A DNA stretch of 64,000 bases from a virus (Duplodnaviria > Heunggongvirae > Uroviricota > Caudoviricetes), in the IMG/VR virus record IMGVR_UViG_3300028603_000003; one strand, given 5' to 3'. The notes under the pieces are model-generated. The model did no database searches. It saw only the letters and a list, made by a program, of their open reading frames with translations, and was not told where the DNA came from. The position numbers were made by a program, and so were the translations under genes. Positions within the stretch are counted from its first letter, which is position 1. The number at the start of each line of letters is the position of its first letter. Below are positions 25,685 through 35,274 of this stretch, in pieces.

Positions 25685-25738
25685 ACCAAAGTCGCGCAAA
25701 GCGTAAAGTAAATTTGACTCGCTTTGCGCGACTTTGGT
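25685..25738. repeat. 19-bp perfect inverted repeat (probable bidirectional terminator)
   Basis: ACCAAAGTCGCGCAAAGCG-N16-CGCTTTGCGCGACTTTGGT between convergent HNH and gp17. Confidence 0.8.
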
Positions 25739-25783
25739 ATAATGCTTTTTAAAGAAATTTTAATACAGGGTTTGTAAACTTAT

Positions 25784-27475
25784 CTACAGGATGTGTAAAG
25801 AGTCCTCGTCAAACCCATTAACTTGCTCCAGCAACTCGTCTAGAAACTCTATCTGTTGCTTTCTATCGAACATCCACTTGAAGTCATCAGGGATTACATC
25901 AATCTCTTCTTTGGTGAGTTCTGGTTCAGGATCATCCTTCTGCATCCCCATCACGTAAAGTTCTTGATTGACCTTAGCTAATCCACTTGAAAGAAGATTG
26001 GTTCTATCGATTCCAATCAAATCTTTAAAGTATAGCTGCAACGTCAACCAACCAAACAATACTAAAGGCATCACCAAGTCATCATGTGATCCAGCTTCTG
26101 CTGCATAGGTGTTTCTCTTTGCAACAAATGTTGACAACTCACTAATGATATTAATATCTGATACTTCTAGTTGTCCAGTCTCAATAAGGTTCTTTAGACC
26201 TTCACATCCCTTTCTCTTTGTCCTGACTGTAGTTCTCAATCCAAGGTGATCTTTCTTTGTCCAACCCTCTATTGTTGATGCAGAGGTCTTGAATACATTC
26301 TCATATTCAAGTTCGTTATACAGCGTATTTACTACAGATTCCCCCATGTCATTAGTCTCAACCAAGACGAAAGATTCATTGTAGTATTTACCTATACCAT
26401 AGATTTTATCAGGAAAAATCTCTGTAGATATCTCGTTGCTTCTATAGGTACATACGACCTTAAAGGGTCTTACCGAAACGTCAACTGTAACTAGAGTTGA
26501 ATAGTCATTCTCGGTTCCTCTAGCAACGTCAGCAATCGATATGTAATTATGTCCTTCAACTGGTTCTTCAAATACCTTAAGAGTTTCGTCTTGCCTCAAG
26601 GGAGGGTAAGTTGCAAGAGAGTTAATAGCACTCCCACTAATCAGAGTGTTTGAAGAGTTCTCAAAGGTACATAGAATATCTCGTGCAAACTTCAGTTCAC
26701 CCAAATCCCTCCTCTGCTGTGCCAGCCAATCATCATCTCTACCCGGAACAACATCCCAAGAATAGAAAATATGCTTGAAGTTGTTTGTGCCTGCTTCTGC
26801 TTCTTTCCACAATTTGTAGAAGTGGTTTCTTCCTCTTGGCGTTGAACTCACAAAAAGCTTTGTGGTTTCACCAGTAGAAAGTGTAGGCCAAACAGATGTG
26901 TTAAAGTCTTCTGCTACGTTGTTTGAAACAACCGCATATTCGTCAAGATACACTAGGTTCAAAGATTTACCAGTTACAGCGTTAGGACTTGTGGCAGCAG
27001 CAAATACTTTAGAGCCGTTTTCTAGTTCAATCGAGGTCTTGTTCCATTCAGTAACACCGACCTGCAAGAACAAAGGAAGATTCTCGTACATTGTTTTGAT
27101 ACGAGATAAAACTTCTTTTGCACCCGCCAACTTATAGGACAACAGAGCAACGTTTTGTTGTTCATTAAAGATTACGTGCCAAGTGATATAAGCAGCAGTA
27201 CATGTAGTCTTTGATTGCTGTCGCCCCATCATCGAGATTACTTTTCGTTCTTTCCACAAATGGGTGATAAAGTCTTTTTGGAAATCCCACATCTTAAATG
27301 GGATAAGCCCCTTATCCAAAGAAATGATCTTGCAATACTTCTCGATGAAATACAGTGGGTCTTCCGCACACTTGATTACTTCTTCAAGCTGTTCCTTTGA
27401 ATAGGGTATGGTGATCCCTGCCCTCTTCAAATTGGCAATTCCTAGATACCCTATATTTTTCGAGTTCTTAATCAA
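25784..27475 (-). CDS. gp17: Terminase large subunit
   Basis: YLG..NLKRA, DP.YF.EKYCKI, GRQQSKTT, YLDEYA, SSTPRG.NHFYKLW, ADVARG..NDYST, HDDLVM; no intein or intron evident. Confidence 0.98.
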   Translation of the reverse strand: MIKNSKNIGYLGIANLKRAGITIPYSKEQLEEVIKCAEDPLYFIEKYCKIISLDKGLIPFKMWDFQKDFITHLWKERKVISMMGRQQSKTTCTAAYITWHVIFNEQQNVALLSYKLAGAKEVLSRIKTMYENLPLFLQVGVTEWNKTSIELENGSKVFAAATSPNAVTGKSLNLVYLDEYAVVSNNVAEDFNTSVWPTLSTGETTKLFVSSTPRGRNHFYKLWKEAEAGTNNFKHIFYSWDVVPGRDDDWLAQQRRDLGELKFARDILCTFENSSNTLISGSAINSLATYPPLRQDETLKVFEEPVEGHNYISIADVARGTENDYSTLVTVDVSVRPFKVVCTYRSNEISTEIFPDKIYGIGKYYNESFVLVETNDMGESVVNTLYNELEYENVFKTSASTIEGWTKKDHLGLRTTVRTKRKGCEGLKNLIETGQLEVSDINIISELSTFVAKRNTYAAEAGSHDDLVMPLVLFGWLTLQLYFKDLIGIDRTNLLSSGLAKVNQELYVMGMQKDDPEPELTKEEIDVIPDDFKWMFDRKQQIEFLDELLEQVNGFDEDSLHIL

Positions 27476-27910
27476 TTACTGCAATCCTTTAATTTGTTTC
27501 AGAAGATCAGCAGTTGTTCCTTGAAAGATGATGTTGTTCTGAGTATTGTTAACAGTCTGAGTTGGAGACTCTTCTTTCTGAGCCTTGGACTTAATCTTCT
27601 CTTTCAACTCGTGAGCAGCCAAAAGCTGTTGGTTGATGTCTGCCAGACTCTTCATGAGTGTGCCGACTACTTCGTATGCTCGCGGGTTTTCTGCTGACTT
27701 GGCAAGCTCCAAAGCTCCGTTAAGGGCATCTTTTCCTGCCTCGATTATTTCAAATTGATTTGACCTGACATAGTCAAAGTCAACCTCTTTCATTTCTTCA
27801 TCTGTTTGTTCTTCTTGGACCGCAGGTAAATTTCCTGTAGACACAGTTTTTACTTCGTAGTCAACAATGTCTGTGATGTCCAATACTTCAGTTATTGCTT
27901 TAGGGTTCAT
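27476..27910 (-). CDS. gp16: Terminase small subunit
   Basis: DFDYVR...A..LA....NPRAYEV...LMKSL.D.N..L...H, IIFQGTTADLLK. Confidence 0.9.
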   Translation of the reverse strand: MNPKAITEVLDITDIVDYEVKTVSTGNLPAVQEEQTDEEMKEVDFDYVRSNQFEIIEAGKDALNGALELAKSAENPRAYEVVGTLMKSLADINQQLLAAHELKEKIKSKAQKEESPTQTVNNTQNNIIFQGTTADLLKQIKGLQ

Positions 27911-27913
27911 GAT

Positions 27914-28498
27914 TTATTCCTTGAAGATTCTCCAACCGTCCACACCAATTCTTTCTGTTGCGAGTCCTTTAGATTTAAACTGGGTTGTGTTTGAAATGCT
28001 GTTGACAAAGTTGTTGTATATCTTTCTGAGGCGAGGATATGCCGGAGAAAATTTCGCTTCTCCGCGATCTTCGACTACTCTTAGTAAGAGGGATGCTATC
28101 TTCGAGAAGTTTTGTATCAGATCAGAGATTTCCCTGTTTCCTTGTGAAATGTCAACAAGTCCCTTTATCGATAGCATTTTCTCTAGAGTATATTTGTCAA
28201 CAGCTTTGGCCGGTCTTACAGAAAATAGAACATTGTTATCGTCGTCTAAGAAAAAGAAAAACAGGTTTTCTTTGCTCCTAAAGCAAGTAACCTCAAGATT
28301 TGAATACAGGTCTTTTACTTTGTGTCTTGCGAATTTCCTGTCATCAAAGTCTGGGGAATTGGCCCCCCACTCGAACGCGGTGAGGGGTTCGAGTTTGAGT
28401 GTAATTTCTGTTAAGAACTCTTCGGGCCAGTAGCTCTTTCCTTCGTGCACAATCTTCACTTCTTCAAAATAAAAAGATTTGAACTTTTTTATGTTCAC
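27914..28498 (-). CDS. Putative internal head protein inserted between gp15 and gp16
   Basis: Begins MNIKKFKSFYFEE, close to FKNYYFEA of the 14367-15902 protein; non-core gene inside a late operon. Confidence 0.5.
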   Translation of the reverse strand: MNIKKFKSFYFEEVKIVHEGKSYWPEEFLTEITLKLEPLTAFEWGANSPDFDDRKFARHKVKDLYSNLEVTCFRSKENLFFFFLDDDNNVLFSVRPAKAVDKYTLEKMLSIKGLVDISQGNREISDLIQNFSKIASLLLRVVEDRGEAKFSPAYPRLRKIYNNFVNSISNTTQFKSKGLATERIGVDGWRIFKE

Positions 28499-28501
28499 GA
28501 T

Positions 28502-29236
28502 TTATTCCTTTGTGGTCCACTTCTCCACAAGCTTGTGAGGTTCATTTCTGTCAGCTTCGAATGGGTCAACCACAACAGAATACTCATCAAAAGCTTTCAT
28601 CGAATTCACACCAACAACCGCCTTCTTGATCTGGTTGGTAAACTGATCACTGTCAACATAAGGATAGAAGTTTAGCTTGGCAGTGAAGTTTAGCGTATGG
28701 ATGATTGCCCTTCTTTCTGTAAAGTTTCCGTCATAACTATCTTCTACCGAAACACTGTTGAGAATGAATGGGACATTCATTGTGGCCCCGGTGTTTTCAT
28801 CTGCGATAATTTGAACTGAATACTCAGGTTTGAAGAATGGCAGAATTTGTTCCACTATCGCAAACGCATCGTCAGAAGATTTTGTGTAGATGTAGAGAGA
28901 CAGATTCAAATTGTAAGGGACCGGACTTCCTTGTGAGATTCCGTTTGGGTAAGTTATTGCGCCAAACTTGTTTGTCATTCTGGCAGAATCGTAAACATAC
29001 CCATTGATTTCAAATCCCATTCTAGGAAGATCAATTAAAACTTTGTTGTTGAGGTTTGGGTCTTGGCGAAGTCTGACTAGAGTTTTGTCTTTCGGAGCAT
29101 ATGCAATCGGAACAGCAATTACTTGTTCCAGCTTTCCGTCTGGCAGATATCGATTTAGTTTTAGGTCAGAAAACATGGACCCAAAGGCAACAACTGTTTT
29201 TCTGATTATCGCGTTGTAGTAAAATTTTCCTAGCAT
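28502..29236 (-). CDS. gp15: Tail sheath stabiliser / completion protein
   Basis: FY...IRKTVVAFGSMF, VPIAYAPK, LPRMGFEI, PVPY.L...L.I.TK..DDAF.IVEQILPFF.P. Confidence 0.95.
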   Translation of the reverse strand: MLGKFYYNAIIRKTVVAFGSMFSDLKLNRYLPDGKLEQVIAVPIAYAPKDKTLVRLRQDPNLNNKVLIDLPRMGFEINGYVYDSARMTNKFGAITYPNGISQGSPVPYNLNLSLYIYTKSSDDAFAIVEQILPFFKPEYSVQIIADENTGATMNVPFILNSVSVEDSYDGNFTERRAIIHTLNFTAKLNFYPYVDSDQFTNQIKKAVVGVNSMKAFDEYSVVVDPFEADRNEPHKLVEKWTTKE

Positions 29237-29976
29237 GAGCCATCCCCAAACGGGTCATTAGGGTTCCAAGAATTAACAAATCCCTCTGCTTCTTCTTTGA
29301 AGTCGGCATTGGTTGCATATCTATTTTTCTCTTGGGTTTCGTCGTTCCAATGTTCACTTCCAATCAAAGAGCCTGATTCGGATATTAGGTCTTCTCCTGC
29401 TTCAGAGGCCATCGTGTATAGAAGAGAGTCAATTGCTACTTCTTGGGATATGGAATCAATTGCAGGAATGCCAGTTCTGAAAAGCTCGTTTGAATACTGG
29501 TACATTTCGCATTTCAAATCATATGTTGTGATGCGATCTAGTTGATAGAAAGGCTTTTCGTGCTCAACGAACTTTACCTCGTATAGCTCTTTCTGAGACT
29601 GACCAAACTCGATGAAGATTAAATCTCCTTCGTTTGGTCGAGAGTGAACTATTGTGACTCCCCGCTTACCAATTTCGGCTTCCCATCTTTTCTTGGAAAT
29701 TCTGAAGGTGTAGTTGTCTCGGAGTTCTAGACCGAATCTTGCGATAATCTCTGACTCGCCTTCTGGCCCCTCGAAGTTTTCAATGTAGACCTCGATAGGA
29801 ATTGCTAGGTCGAAGACGCTCAGTGTATCTTCTCCTAGAATGTTATCAAACTTTCGCAGTCTTCTTGGTAGGTAATAGACTTCAAATCCATAAATTTGAA
29901 TCGATTCGATTACCATATCTTCGTAGACCATGTGCTCCATCGTGGAGCCTTTGTTGAAGAATGGATTTAATGCCAT
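29230..29976 (-). CDS. gp14: Neck protein
   Basis: E.IQIYG.EVYYLPR, RFGLELRD, PNEGDLI, FEVKFVEHEKPFYQL. Confidence 0.95.
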   Translation of the reverse strand: MALNPFFNKGSTMEHMVYEDMVIESIQIYGFEVYYLPRRLRKFDNILGEDTLSVFDLAIPIEVYIENFEGPEGESEIIARFGLELRDNYTFRISKKRWEAEIGKRGVTIVHSRPNEGDLIFIEFGQSQKELYEVKFVEHEKPFYQLDRITTYDLKCEMYQYSNELFRTGIPAIDSISQEVAIDSLLYTMASEAGEDLISESGSLIGSEHWNDETQEKNRYATNADFKEEAEGFVNSWNPNDPFGDGSC

Positions 29977-29982
29977 GGTCGA

Positions 29983-30933
29983 TTATCCAATGAAAATAGC
30001 ATCAGGAGGAAGACTCCAGTATTCTTGCATCTTGTCTTCTAGTTCTTTAATCTCTGCGGTGGCTTCATCGTAGATTTGTTGGCCGTTAAGCGTGACCCCA
30101 CCCGGCAAAGACATGCCTTGATACTTTTTGAGGTTAGTGCCCCACTGCTGTTTGATTAGGGCTGTTGCGTATCTTTTCAAAAAGATATCGTCATACACCT
30201 TACCGTATTCTTGTGGGTCTAGAATTGCGTAGCATTCAAAAATCAAATATTGATCTGGGTTAACTTGCTTTTGCCAGTCTAGGTTTACAAATACCTTGTT
30301 TGTCTTTCTGTTGAATTTGATCGAGTGGTGAGTGTTCAGAGTAAAGTCGATTAGACTTAGGTGCTGTTGAACAACCGTGTAGTAGATCAGACTCATAGAA
30401 GACACGTTGTATAGGTCGTTCATTCTGATCTGATACGTAATGTCAAACATGCTGCCAGATTGGTTGTCGCCTTGGATTGGGAGAATTCTTAGAATGCTCG
30501 TAATGGCGTCAGAAACCTGCACGTAGCCGTTTTGTATGTCTCCGATGAACAGAGAGTCCACTACAGCCGTTGCGCCGCTCTGAGAGCCTGTAATCGTTTC
30601 TCCGACTAGGAACGTGCCTTCGAATACTTTCGTTCGAATCTTATTCGGTTCGTTGGAGTCGTAAACCCTACACTTGGCTCCAGACACACTACCAACAACA
30701 TCCTCGCCAACTGTAAAGCTGGCCCCAACATCGGTAGTTAATCTGATGTGGTTAGCTGTGATTTTGTGCTTCATGTAAAGCCGCTGAATACCGTCAAAGT
30801 GATATTCTTGCCACCACTGAATCGCATCATCAAGCCTGTCACTTATTTGCTCTTCAGCTACTGAGATATCCACCACAGGCTTACCAAGTTTTTTCAAGCA
30901 ATACTCGATGAAGTCTTCTCTGTTGTTAATCAT
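29983..30933 (-). CDS. gp13: Neck protein
   Basis: YCL.KLGKPV, DDAIQ...EYHFDG, WGTNLKKYQG..LPGGVTLNGQQIY.EA. Confidence 0.95.
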   Translation of the reverse strand: MINNREDFIEYCLKKLGKPVVDISVAEEQISDRLDDAIQWWQEYHFDGIQRLYMKHKITANHIRLTTDVGASFTVGEDVVGSVSGAKCRVYDSNEPNKIRTKVFEGTFLVGETITGSQSGATAVVDSLFIGDIQNGYVQVSDAITSILRILPIQGDNQSGSMFDITYQIRMNDLYNVSSMSLIYYTVVQQHLSLIDFTLNTHHSIKFNRKTNKVFVNLDWQKQVNPDQYLIFECYAILDPQEYGKVYDDIFLKRYATALIKQQWGTNLKKYQGMSLPGGVTLNGQQIYDEATAEIKELEDKMQEYWSLPPDAIFIG

Positions 30934-30952
30934 TTCTTGATCCTAAAATAAA

Positions 30953-30984
30953 ATGCCATCACCCCTATTTAGAAGCGATGGCAT
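30953..30984 (-). promoter_or_regulatory. Inverted repeat with the late promoter CTAAATAG in its loop
   Basis: ATGCCATC-N16-GATGGCAT; ctatttag at 30965-30972. Confidence 0.6.
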
Positions 30985-31003
30985 AATTGTTGAGTCTAAG
31001 GTC

Positions 31004-32476
31004 TTAAGGTAACGTGTAGAATCTTTGACCTTCTCTATACCTATCTGGCGCGAAACTTTCCGGTCGCTCTACCATCTGACTGAATCTCTGAGGTCTTGGC
31101 TGTTCAACCAAAAATGACTGTTGGATAATCTTTCTAGGACTGTCGAACTTATATTCAGAGGTTATCTGTCTCATAACATATGCAGAGACAGAATAACTGC
31201 CGTGTGCTTCAGACAGAACCGGAATCCTATATGACTCGCCAGAATATTCGCCAGTGACATAAGAAGCAACAAAGTTTCTAATTAGGAATTCTGAATTGAA
31301 TTCGGTGGAAACTGTTGACCTTATGTTGTACTGCGCGCCTTCGGTTACAGAAGCGTAACCCCTAATAGAGAAGTCTGACTCTATAATTCTGTTCGCGAAT
31401 TCTCTAACCGAGTAAGAAGCTTCGTTTGAGGAAGTGGTGAACCCTCTTACAATGTAGTCGTCTTCTGCTACTCGATCTGTATAATTCCTGACGTTGTAAT
31501 TTCCGTGGGCACGAGAAATTACAAACCTCTCGTTAAGAACCTCGTAGCTTCCGCTGGCCTCTGCACTGACAAACCCTCTGACCTTATAGCCAGCACTATT
31601 AGATTCTGAAGCATACAGCCTTGCCAAATAATCTGCGAACTGTTCTGTATATACATATCCCCTTACAGTGTGGGCAGATTGTTTATCGACTTCTACAAAG
31701 TTTCTAACATTGAATGTTGCGCTTTCGCTATTGCTAGAATACTCGCGAGTATCAAAAGAGCCTGTCTTGTTAGAGTTTACAAACTGTCTGGAAACATATT
31801 CGGCTAATGCTGAAGCACCGGAATAGTTTCTGACATTGTACGATGACTCTTCTACTCTTTGAGCAATGCCGCGAATCTTATACTGTGAAGCCTTGACGGA
31901 AGATACTGCACTTGTTGCCCCATCTACATGATAAGAGGCAGATACAGTCCTAGCTACATAATTTCTTACATCGTAGCTTGCGGAATTAGCATCGGAAACG
32001 TATTGTCTGGCGTTGTATCCCGAGGTTACTTCTTCAGATACAGAATTTCTTACATTGTATTGCGAACTTCTTGTGGCCTGAATCGAATTGCGAACATTAT
32101 ATTCGCCATTCGCGAATCGCGAACCTGTAAGAGTTCTAACATTATACTCTGCGGATTTTGTGTTATCAGAATACCCTCTGACAATAAAACTTCCGTTGTA
32201 TTGGTTCGAAACTGTAGAAGTGGTTTCAGCAGCAGTTTGCCAAGAATCGGAAGCGATTGGGCCTACCGTGTCTACGCCATCATCCCAGACAGCATAAGAC
32301 TTGTAATTTGTAGAAGCAGACAACCCCGAAGAATCTGGAACAAAGGTGTATTGTCCAGAAACTGTCGGCGAAGTGTCTGCGTCTGTATATACTGGCGAAC
32401 CAGACCAACCACCGATCCTGTCCCAAGTTGGAGCAGGATCGGAAGCCAAGTAGACTGCTAGATATAGATTTGCCAT
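31004..32476 (-). CDS. Fibrous virion protein with ~25 tandem ~14-aa repeats
   Basis: Units such as ATRSSQYNVRNSVS, DANSASYDVRNYVA, RVEESSYNVRNYSG; located at the wac/fibritin position upstream of gp13. Confidence 0.7.
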   Translation of the reverse strand: MANLYLAVYLASDPAPTWDRIGGWSGSPVYTDADTSPTVSGQYTFVPDSSGLSASTNYKSYAVWDDGVDTVGPIASDSWQTAAETTSTVSNQYNGSFIVRGYSDNTKSAEYNVRTLTGSRFANGEYNVRNSIQATRSSQYNVRNSVSEEVTSGYNARQYVSDANSASYDVRNYVARTVSASYHVDGATSAVSSVKASQYKIRGIAQRVEESSYNVRNYSGASALAEYVSRQFVNSNKTGSFDTREYSSNSESATFNVRNFVEVDKQSAHTVRGYVYTEQFADYLARLYASESNSAGYKVRGFVSAEASGSYEVLNERFVISRAHGNYNVRNYTDRVAEDDYIVRGFTTSSNEASYSVREFANRIIESDFSIRGYASVTEGAQYNIRSTVSTEFNSEFLIRNFVASYVTGEYSGESYRIPVLSEAHGSYSVSAYVMRQITSEYKFDSPRKIIQQSFLVEQPRPQRFSQMVERPESFAPDRYREGQRFYTLP

Positions 32477-32628
32477 TTCAATATGTCAGCGTCAAAGAAT
32501 GACGTGCCCCACTCGAAGTTATGTTTGTGGTTATCAACCCAGACAAATAAGGAATACCTTTTCCACTAGGGGTAGTGAAAAACTGAATTGGTTGTTTGGG
32601 GTGATTCTGTAGCAAATGCCACGGTGAG

Positions 32629-33045
32629 TTAGATGCCCTTATCGCCTCTTCGTGCGGGAATGTCTCCGAGCACAATGCCGCCAGCAAAGTTAGTAGGCTC
32701 AGTAAACACCACGCCTGAAGGTGCAGTGTCTTCGTTAGCAATGGTTTGCTCTGTGCCATTTAGTGCAGAAGTGCCAATGCCAATTGCGATTGAAGTTGTT
32801 GGTGAAGGGGTATTGTCCACGATCCAAACTTTGGGTGCAATCAAAGTCAGAGTTGCGTTTGCGTTGTGAACGTAGAAGCAACGATACTCGATTGAACCAG
32901 CAGTAGCTTGTGCTGCCGACACGTCGTCGAACATGTTGTTGACCCAAGCGGTCGAAGATTTAGCCCCACCCAAGCTAGCATTAGGGTCGCTGTTTGATGC
33001 TCCGCCTGATAGGCGATATTGGATTTCTGTGTCGATGATAGCCAT
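32629..33045 (-). CDS. Virion structural protein of the RLSGGASNSDPNASLGG family, possibly C-terminally truncated or frameshifted
   Basis: N-terminus YRLSGGASNSDPNASLGG...FDDV..A...G.IEYRCFYVHN is a recurrent phage structural motif; abrupt end GDIPARRGDKGI. Confidence 0.65.
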   Translation of the reverse strand: MAIIDTEIQYRLSGGASNSDPNASLGGAKSSTAWVNNMFDDVSAAQATAGSIEYRCFYVHNANATLTLIAPKVWIVDNTPSPTTSIAIGIGTSALNGTEQTIANEDTAPSGVVFTEPTNFAGGIVLGDIPARRGDKGI

Positions 33046-33055
33046 TTAATTTTCC

Positions 33056-33415
33056 TTAGATTTTGGTTATTCCGTTATTGATGAATACGTTGCCACCTGC
33101 GACGAAGTAAACCTCATTCGTTATGGTGGAATATAGAATCATGTCAAACAATGCTCTTTGCCAATTTATTGTTGAAGTAACTTCATACGGCAAATTAATT
33201 TCGATGTAGCCCTCTGACTCGTGGATTATTAGCAAACCATTCTCCGAGCTAAGAGACAACAAAACTTCCGAAGTTCTTTCGTTAGCTTTTATGTCCATCT
33301 TTGCGGCCAGACCCGAAAGCGGAACTTGCCCTGCGCCCCAATATATTGTGGCCTTGTAGTCCGCGTTGTTTCTTATGTTGAGGTTGACAATCGGTTTTGA
33401 GTGATCGTTAAACAT
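33056..33415 (-). CDS. BppU-N-like / Ig-like virion accessory protein
   Basis: L.I..NADY...I.W......LSG..AKMDIK.......LLSLSSENG.L.I....G.I.I.L...T..I.W..A..D pattern. Confidence 0.5.
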   Translation of the reverse strand: MFNDHSKPIVNLNIRNNADYKATIYWGAGQVPLSGLAAKMDIKANERTSEVLLSLSSENGLLIIHESEGYIEINLPYEVTSTINWQRALFDMILYSTITNEVYFVAGGNVFINNGITKI

Positions 33416-33722
33416 GTTCTATTCTCTTGTACCTATTTTTATATTTATTTAAATCTATAACCCAGAGATAACAATCGTTCGTTTCTTCTTCCATAGTCGC
33501 AAATGGAACAGAGTGGCCTTTGAATCTCCAAATCTTTACCTTGTGCACATTCTTGGAAATCAGATAGTCGATTAGTTGCTTCATGTTTTTTCTGGTAAGC
33601 TCTCCTTGCGCTGAGCCTATAACGCAAATACAAGGAAGCTCGTAGTTTAAAACTAAGGTGCAGGTTCTAGTTCCTTGTTCGTCGTGGAACTTTGCTGTCT
33701 CAATCAAAGGTTCAATAATCAT
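33408..33722 (-). CDS. Hypothetical protein
   Basis: 104-aa ORF overlapping both neighbours in the late operon. Confidence 0.6.
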   Translation of the reverse strand: MIIEPLIETAKFHDEQGTRTCTLVLNYELPCICVIGSAQGELTRKNMKQLIDYLISKNVHKVKIWRFKGHSVPFATMEEETNDCYLWVIDLNKYKNRYKRIEHV

Positions 33723-35242
33723 TGGTTAACTTGACACACAGATAAAATTGCTGATGGAACAGAAGGGCAAAATGCGGTTGCAGGTTCTCCTGACAAACTT
33801 ACGTTCGTGCTATCTGTTGCCCACATCAATTGAAAATAATCATTCGGAAGCATAGAGACAACAAAGTTCCAAGCTGGCGCTAACTTTCCTCCGTTTTCAG
33901 AAATTGTTAGGTTTGTTGCTGAGTGTGGAACATCGACTCCGTTCTTTCTATACCAGACCCATATATTTCGCCGGGTGCTGTTTGTGCTAGTAAATTGCAA
34001 TGAGAATTCAAAATTGAATAATCCTGAGTTCTGAGCAATAATTTTTGACTTGTCAACTGGGTCTTGAGTGAATCCGCTGGTAGGGTCTTGTAACCCGAAT
34101 CTAATAGGGTACGCAGTGTTTGGTGCTGCTGCTGTTTGGTTTGTCTCGTCGTGCCAGTTTCCATAATAGAGTCTTGGGAAAATGTTCGGTCTGACTAGAA
34201 GAACTCCAAGTGTCGGAGAAACTTTAAGCACGGTCCCTATCTTAAGTTTAACGTTTGGTGCTGTTGGGCGATTCTTGGTTAGCTGACCGGGAATTGTTGG
34301 GTGTGCAAAAAGAATGTCCCCCACTGCCCACGTTTCTCCCACTGTACTCCCAGTTGTGTTTAGCTCTCTTACCTTTCCTACAGCGGTGGCCCTTCCTGTG
34401 CCGCCCGGAGCAACGTCATTTGTTAATACACCGATTACATATTCTGGAATTGAATTTGCGTCGGCCACGAACTTCTCGACAGTTGGCTTTACCCAACCAT
34501 TGAATCCGTAAGCTCCTGCGAACTTTACAACCTCACCCTGTGATAATGTTGATGCGGTCCCATTATAAACTTCAATGTAAGTTTCCAATCCGACTTGGCA
34601 GGTAGAGCCGTCATTTTGGTACACGTCAATGCAATCTTCATTATGATTCCAAGCAATCATTCCGGGAACAGGAGTTACCTGCGGACCAGAATCTTCGAAT
34701 GTGAGAGAGTTTATCTTTCCCTGATCACCAGAAATATACCCAAAGTAGAATTTTTTGGTATCTGGATCATACCTCAAAATATGATCTGGATTGCCAACTG
34801 AATACCTGTCAACATCATCAAGATTTTTCAGTCTCACCTCACCAGAGCCATATGAGCCTAGATATGTCGTCGAAAGATAATTTTCAATTCCTTTTACCCT
34901 AGACTCAAGACTTGTAGATTCTGTTAGTCGAGTCTTCTGCTTTAGAATTTCGTATGCCTCTTTGACTAAGTCGATTTCTGGCTCTGTGCTCGCCTCTACA
35001 GTAGGAGAAAGCAACACTTCTTCTAATATTTGTGGTTGCGGCTCTTCTGTTGATTTTTCAGGAGTATTCACGAAACTCTTTGAGGATTTCTTTTCCCTAA
35101 TTTGCTTTGCGAGTTGAAGTGCTTTTTTTTCTTTTACTTCCTTTAACTCTCTGTGAACAGAATCATCCACCGAAACCCCAAGGGCTTCTGAAAATTTTAT
35201 CAGAGTTTCGATTTCTCTTTGCTTGTCAAATTCTTTTTTCAT
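33719..35242 (-). CDS. Fibre-like virion protein with a C-terminal TNF/BclA-C-like jelly-roll domain
   Basis: Charged N-terminus, GSGEVRLKNLDDVD linker, capsid-cement-like middle, C-terminal QNSGLFNFEFSLQF...WYRKNG.DV...WNFVV......YFQLMW. Confidence 0.6.
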   Translation of the reverse strand: MKKEFDKQREIETLIKFSEALGVSVDDSVHRELKEVKEKKALQLAKQIREKKSSKSFVNTPEKSTEEPQPQILEEVLLSPTVEASTEPEIDLVKEAYEILKQKTRLTESTSLESRVKGIENYLSTTYLGSYGSGEVRLKNLDDVDRYSVGNPDHILRYDPDTKKFYFGYISGDQGKINSLTFEDSGPQVTPVPGMIAWNHNEDCIDVYQNDGSTCQVGLETYIEVYNGTASTLSQGEVVKFAGAYGFNGWVKPTVEKFVADANSIPEYVIGVLTNDVAPGGTGRATAVGKVRELNTTGSTVGETWAVGDILFAHPTIPGQLTKNRPTAPNVKLKIGTVLKVSPTLGVLLVRPNIFPRLYYGNWHDETNQTAAAPNTAYPIRFGLQDPTSGFTQDPVDKSKIIAQNSGLFNFEFSLQFTSTNSTRRNIWVWYRKNGVDVPHSATNLTISENGGKLAPAWNFVVSMLPNDYFQLMWATDSTNVSLSGEPATAFCPSVPSAILSVCQVNQ

Positions 35243-35274
35243 GCGGTTCTCACCATGTATGCGCCCAAAATAAA

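Noticed and set aside
25784-27475. Intron or intein in gp17 next to the HNH gene
   Set aside because: gp17 is continuous and of normal length; the HNH gene is outside it and antisense.
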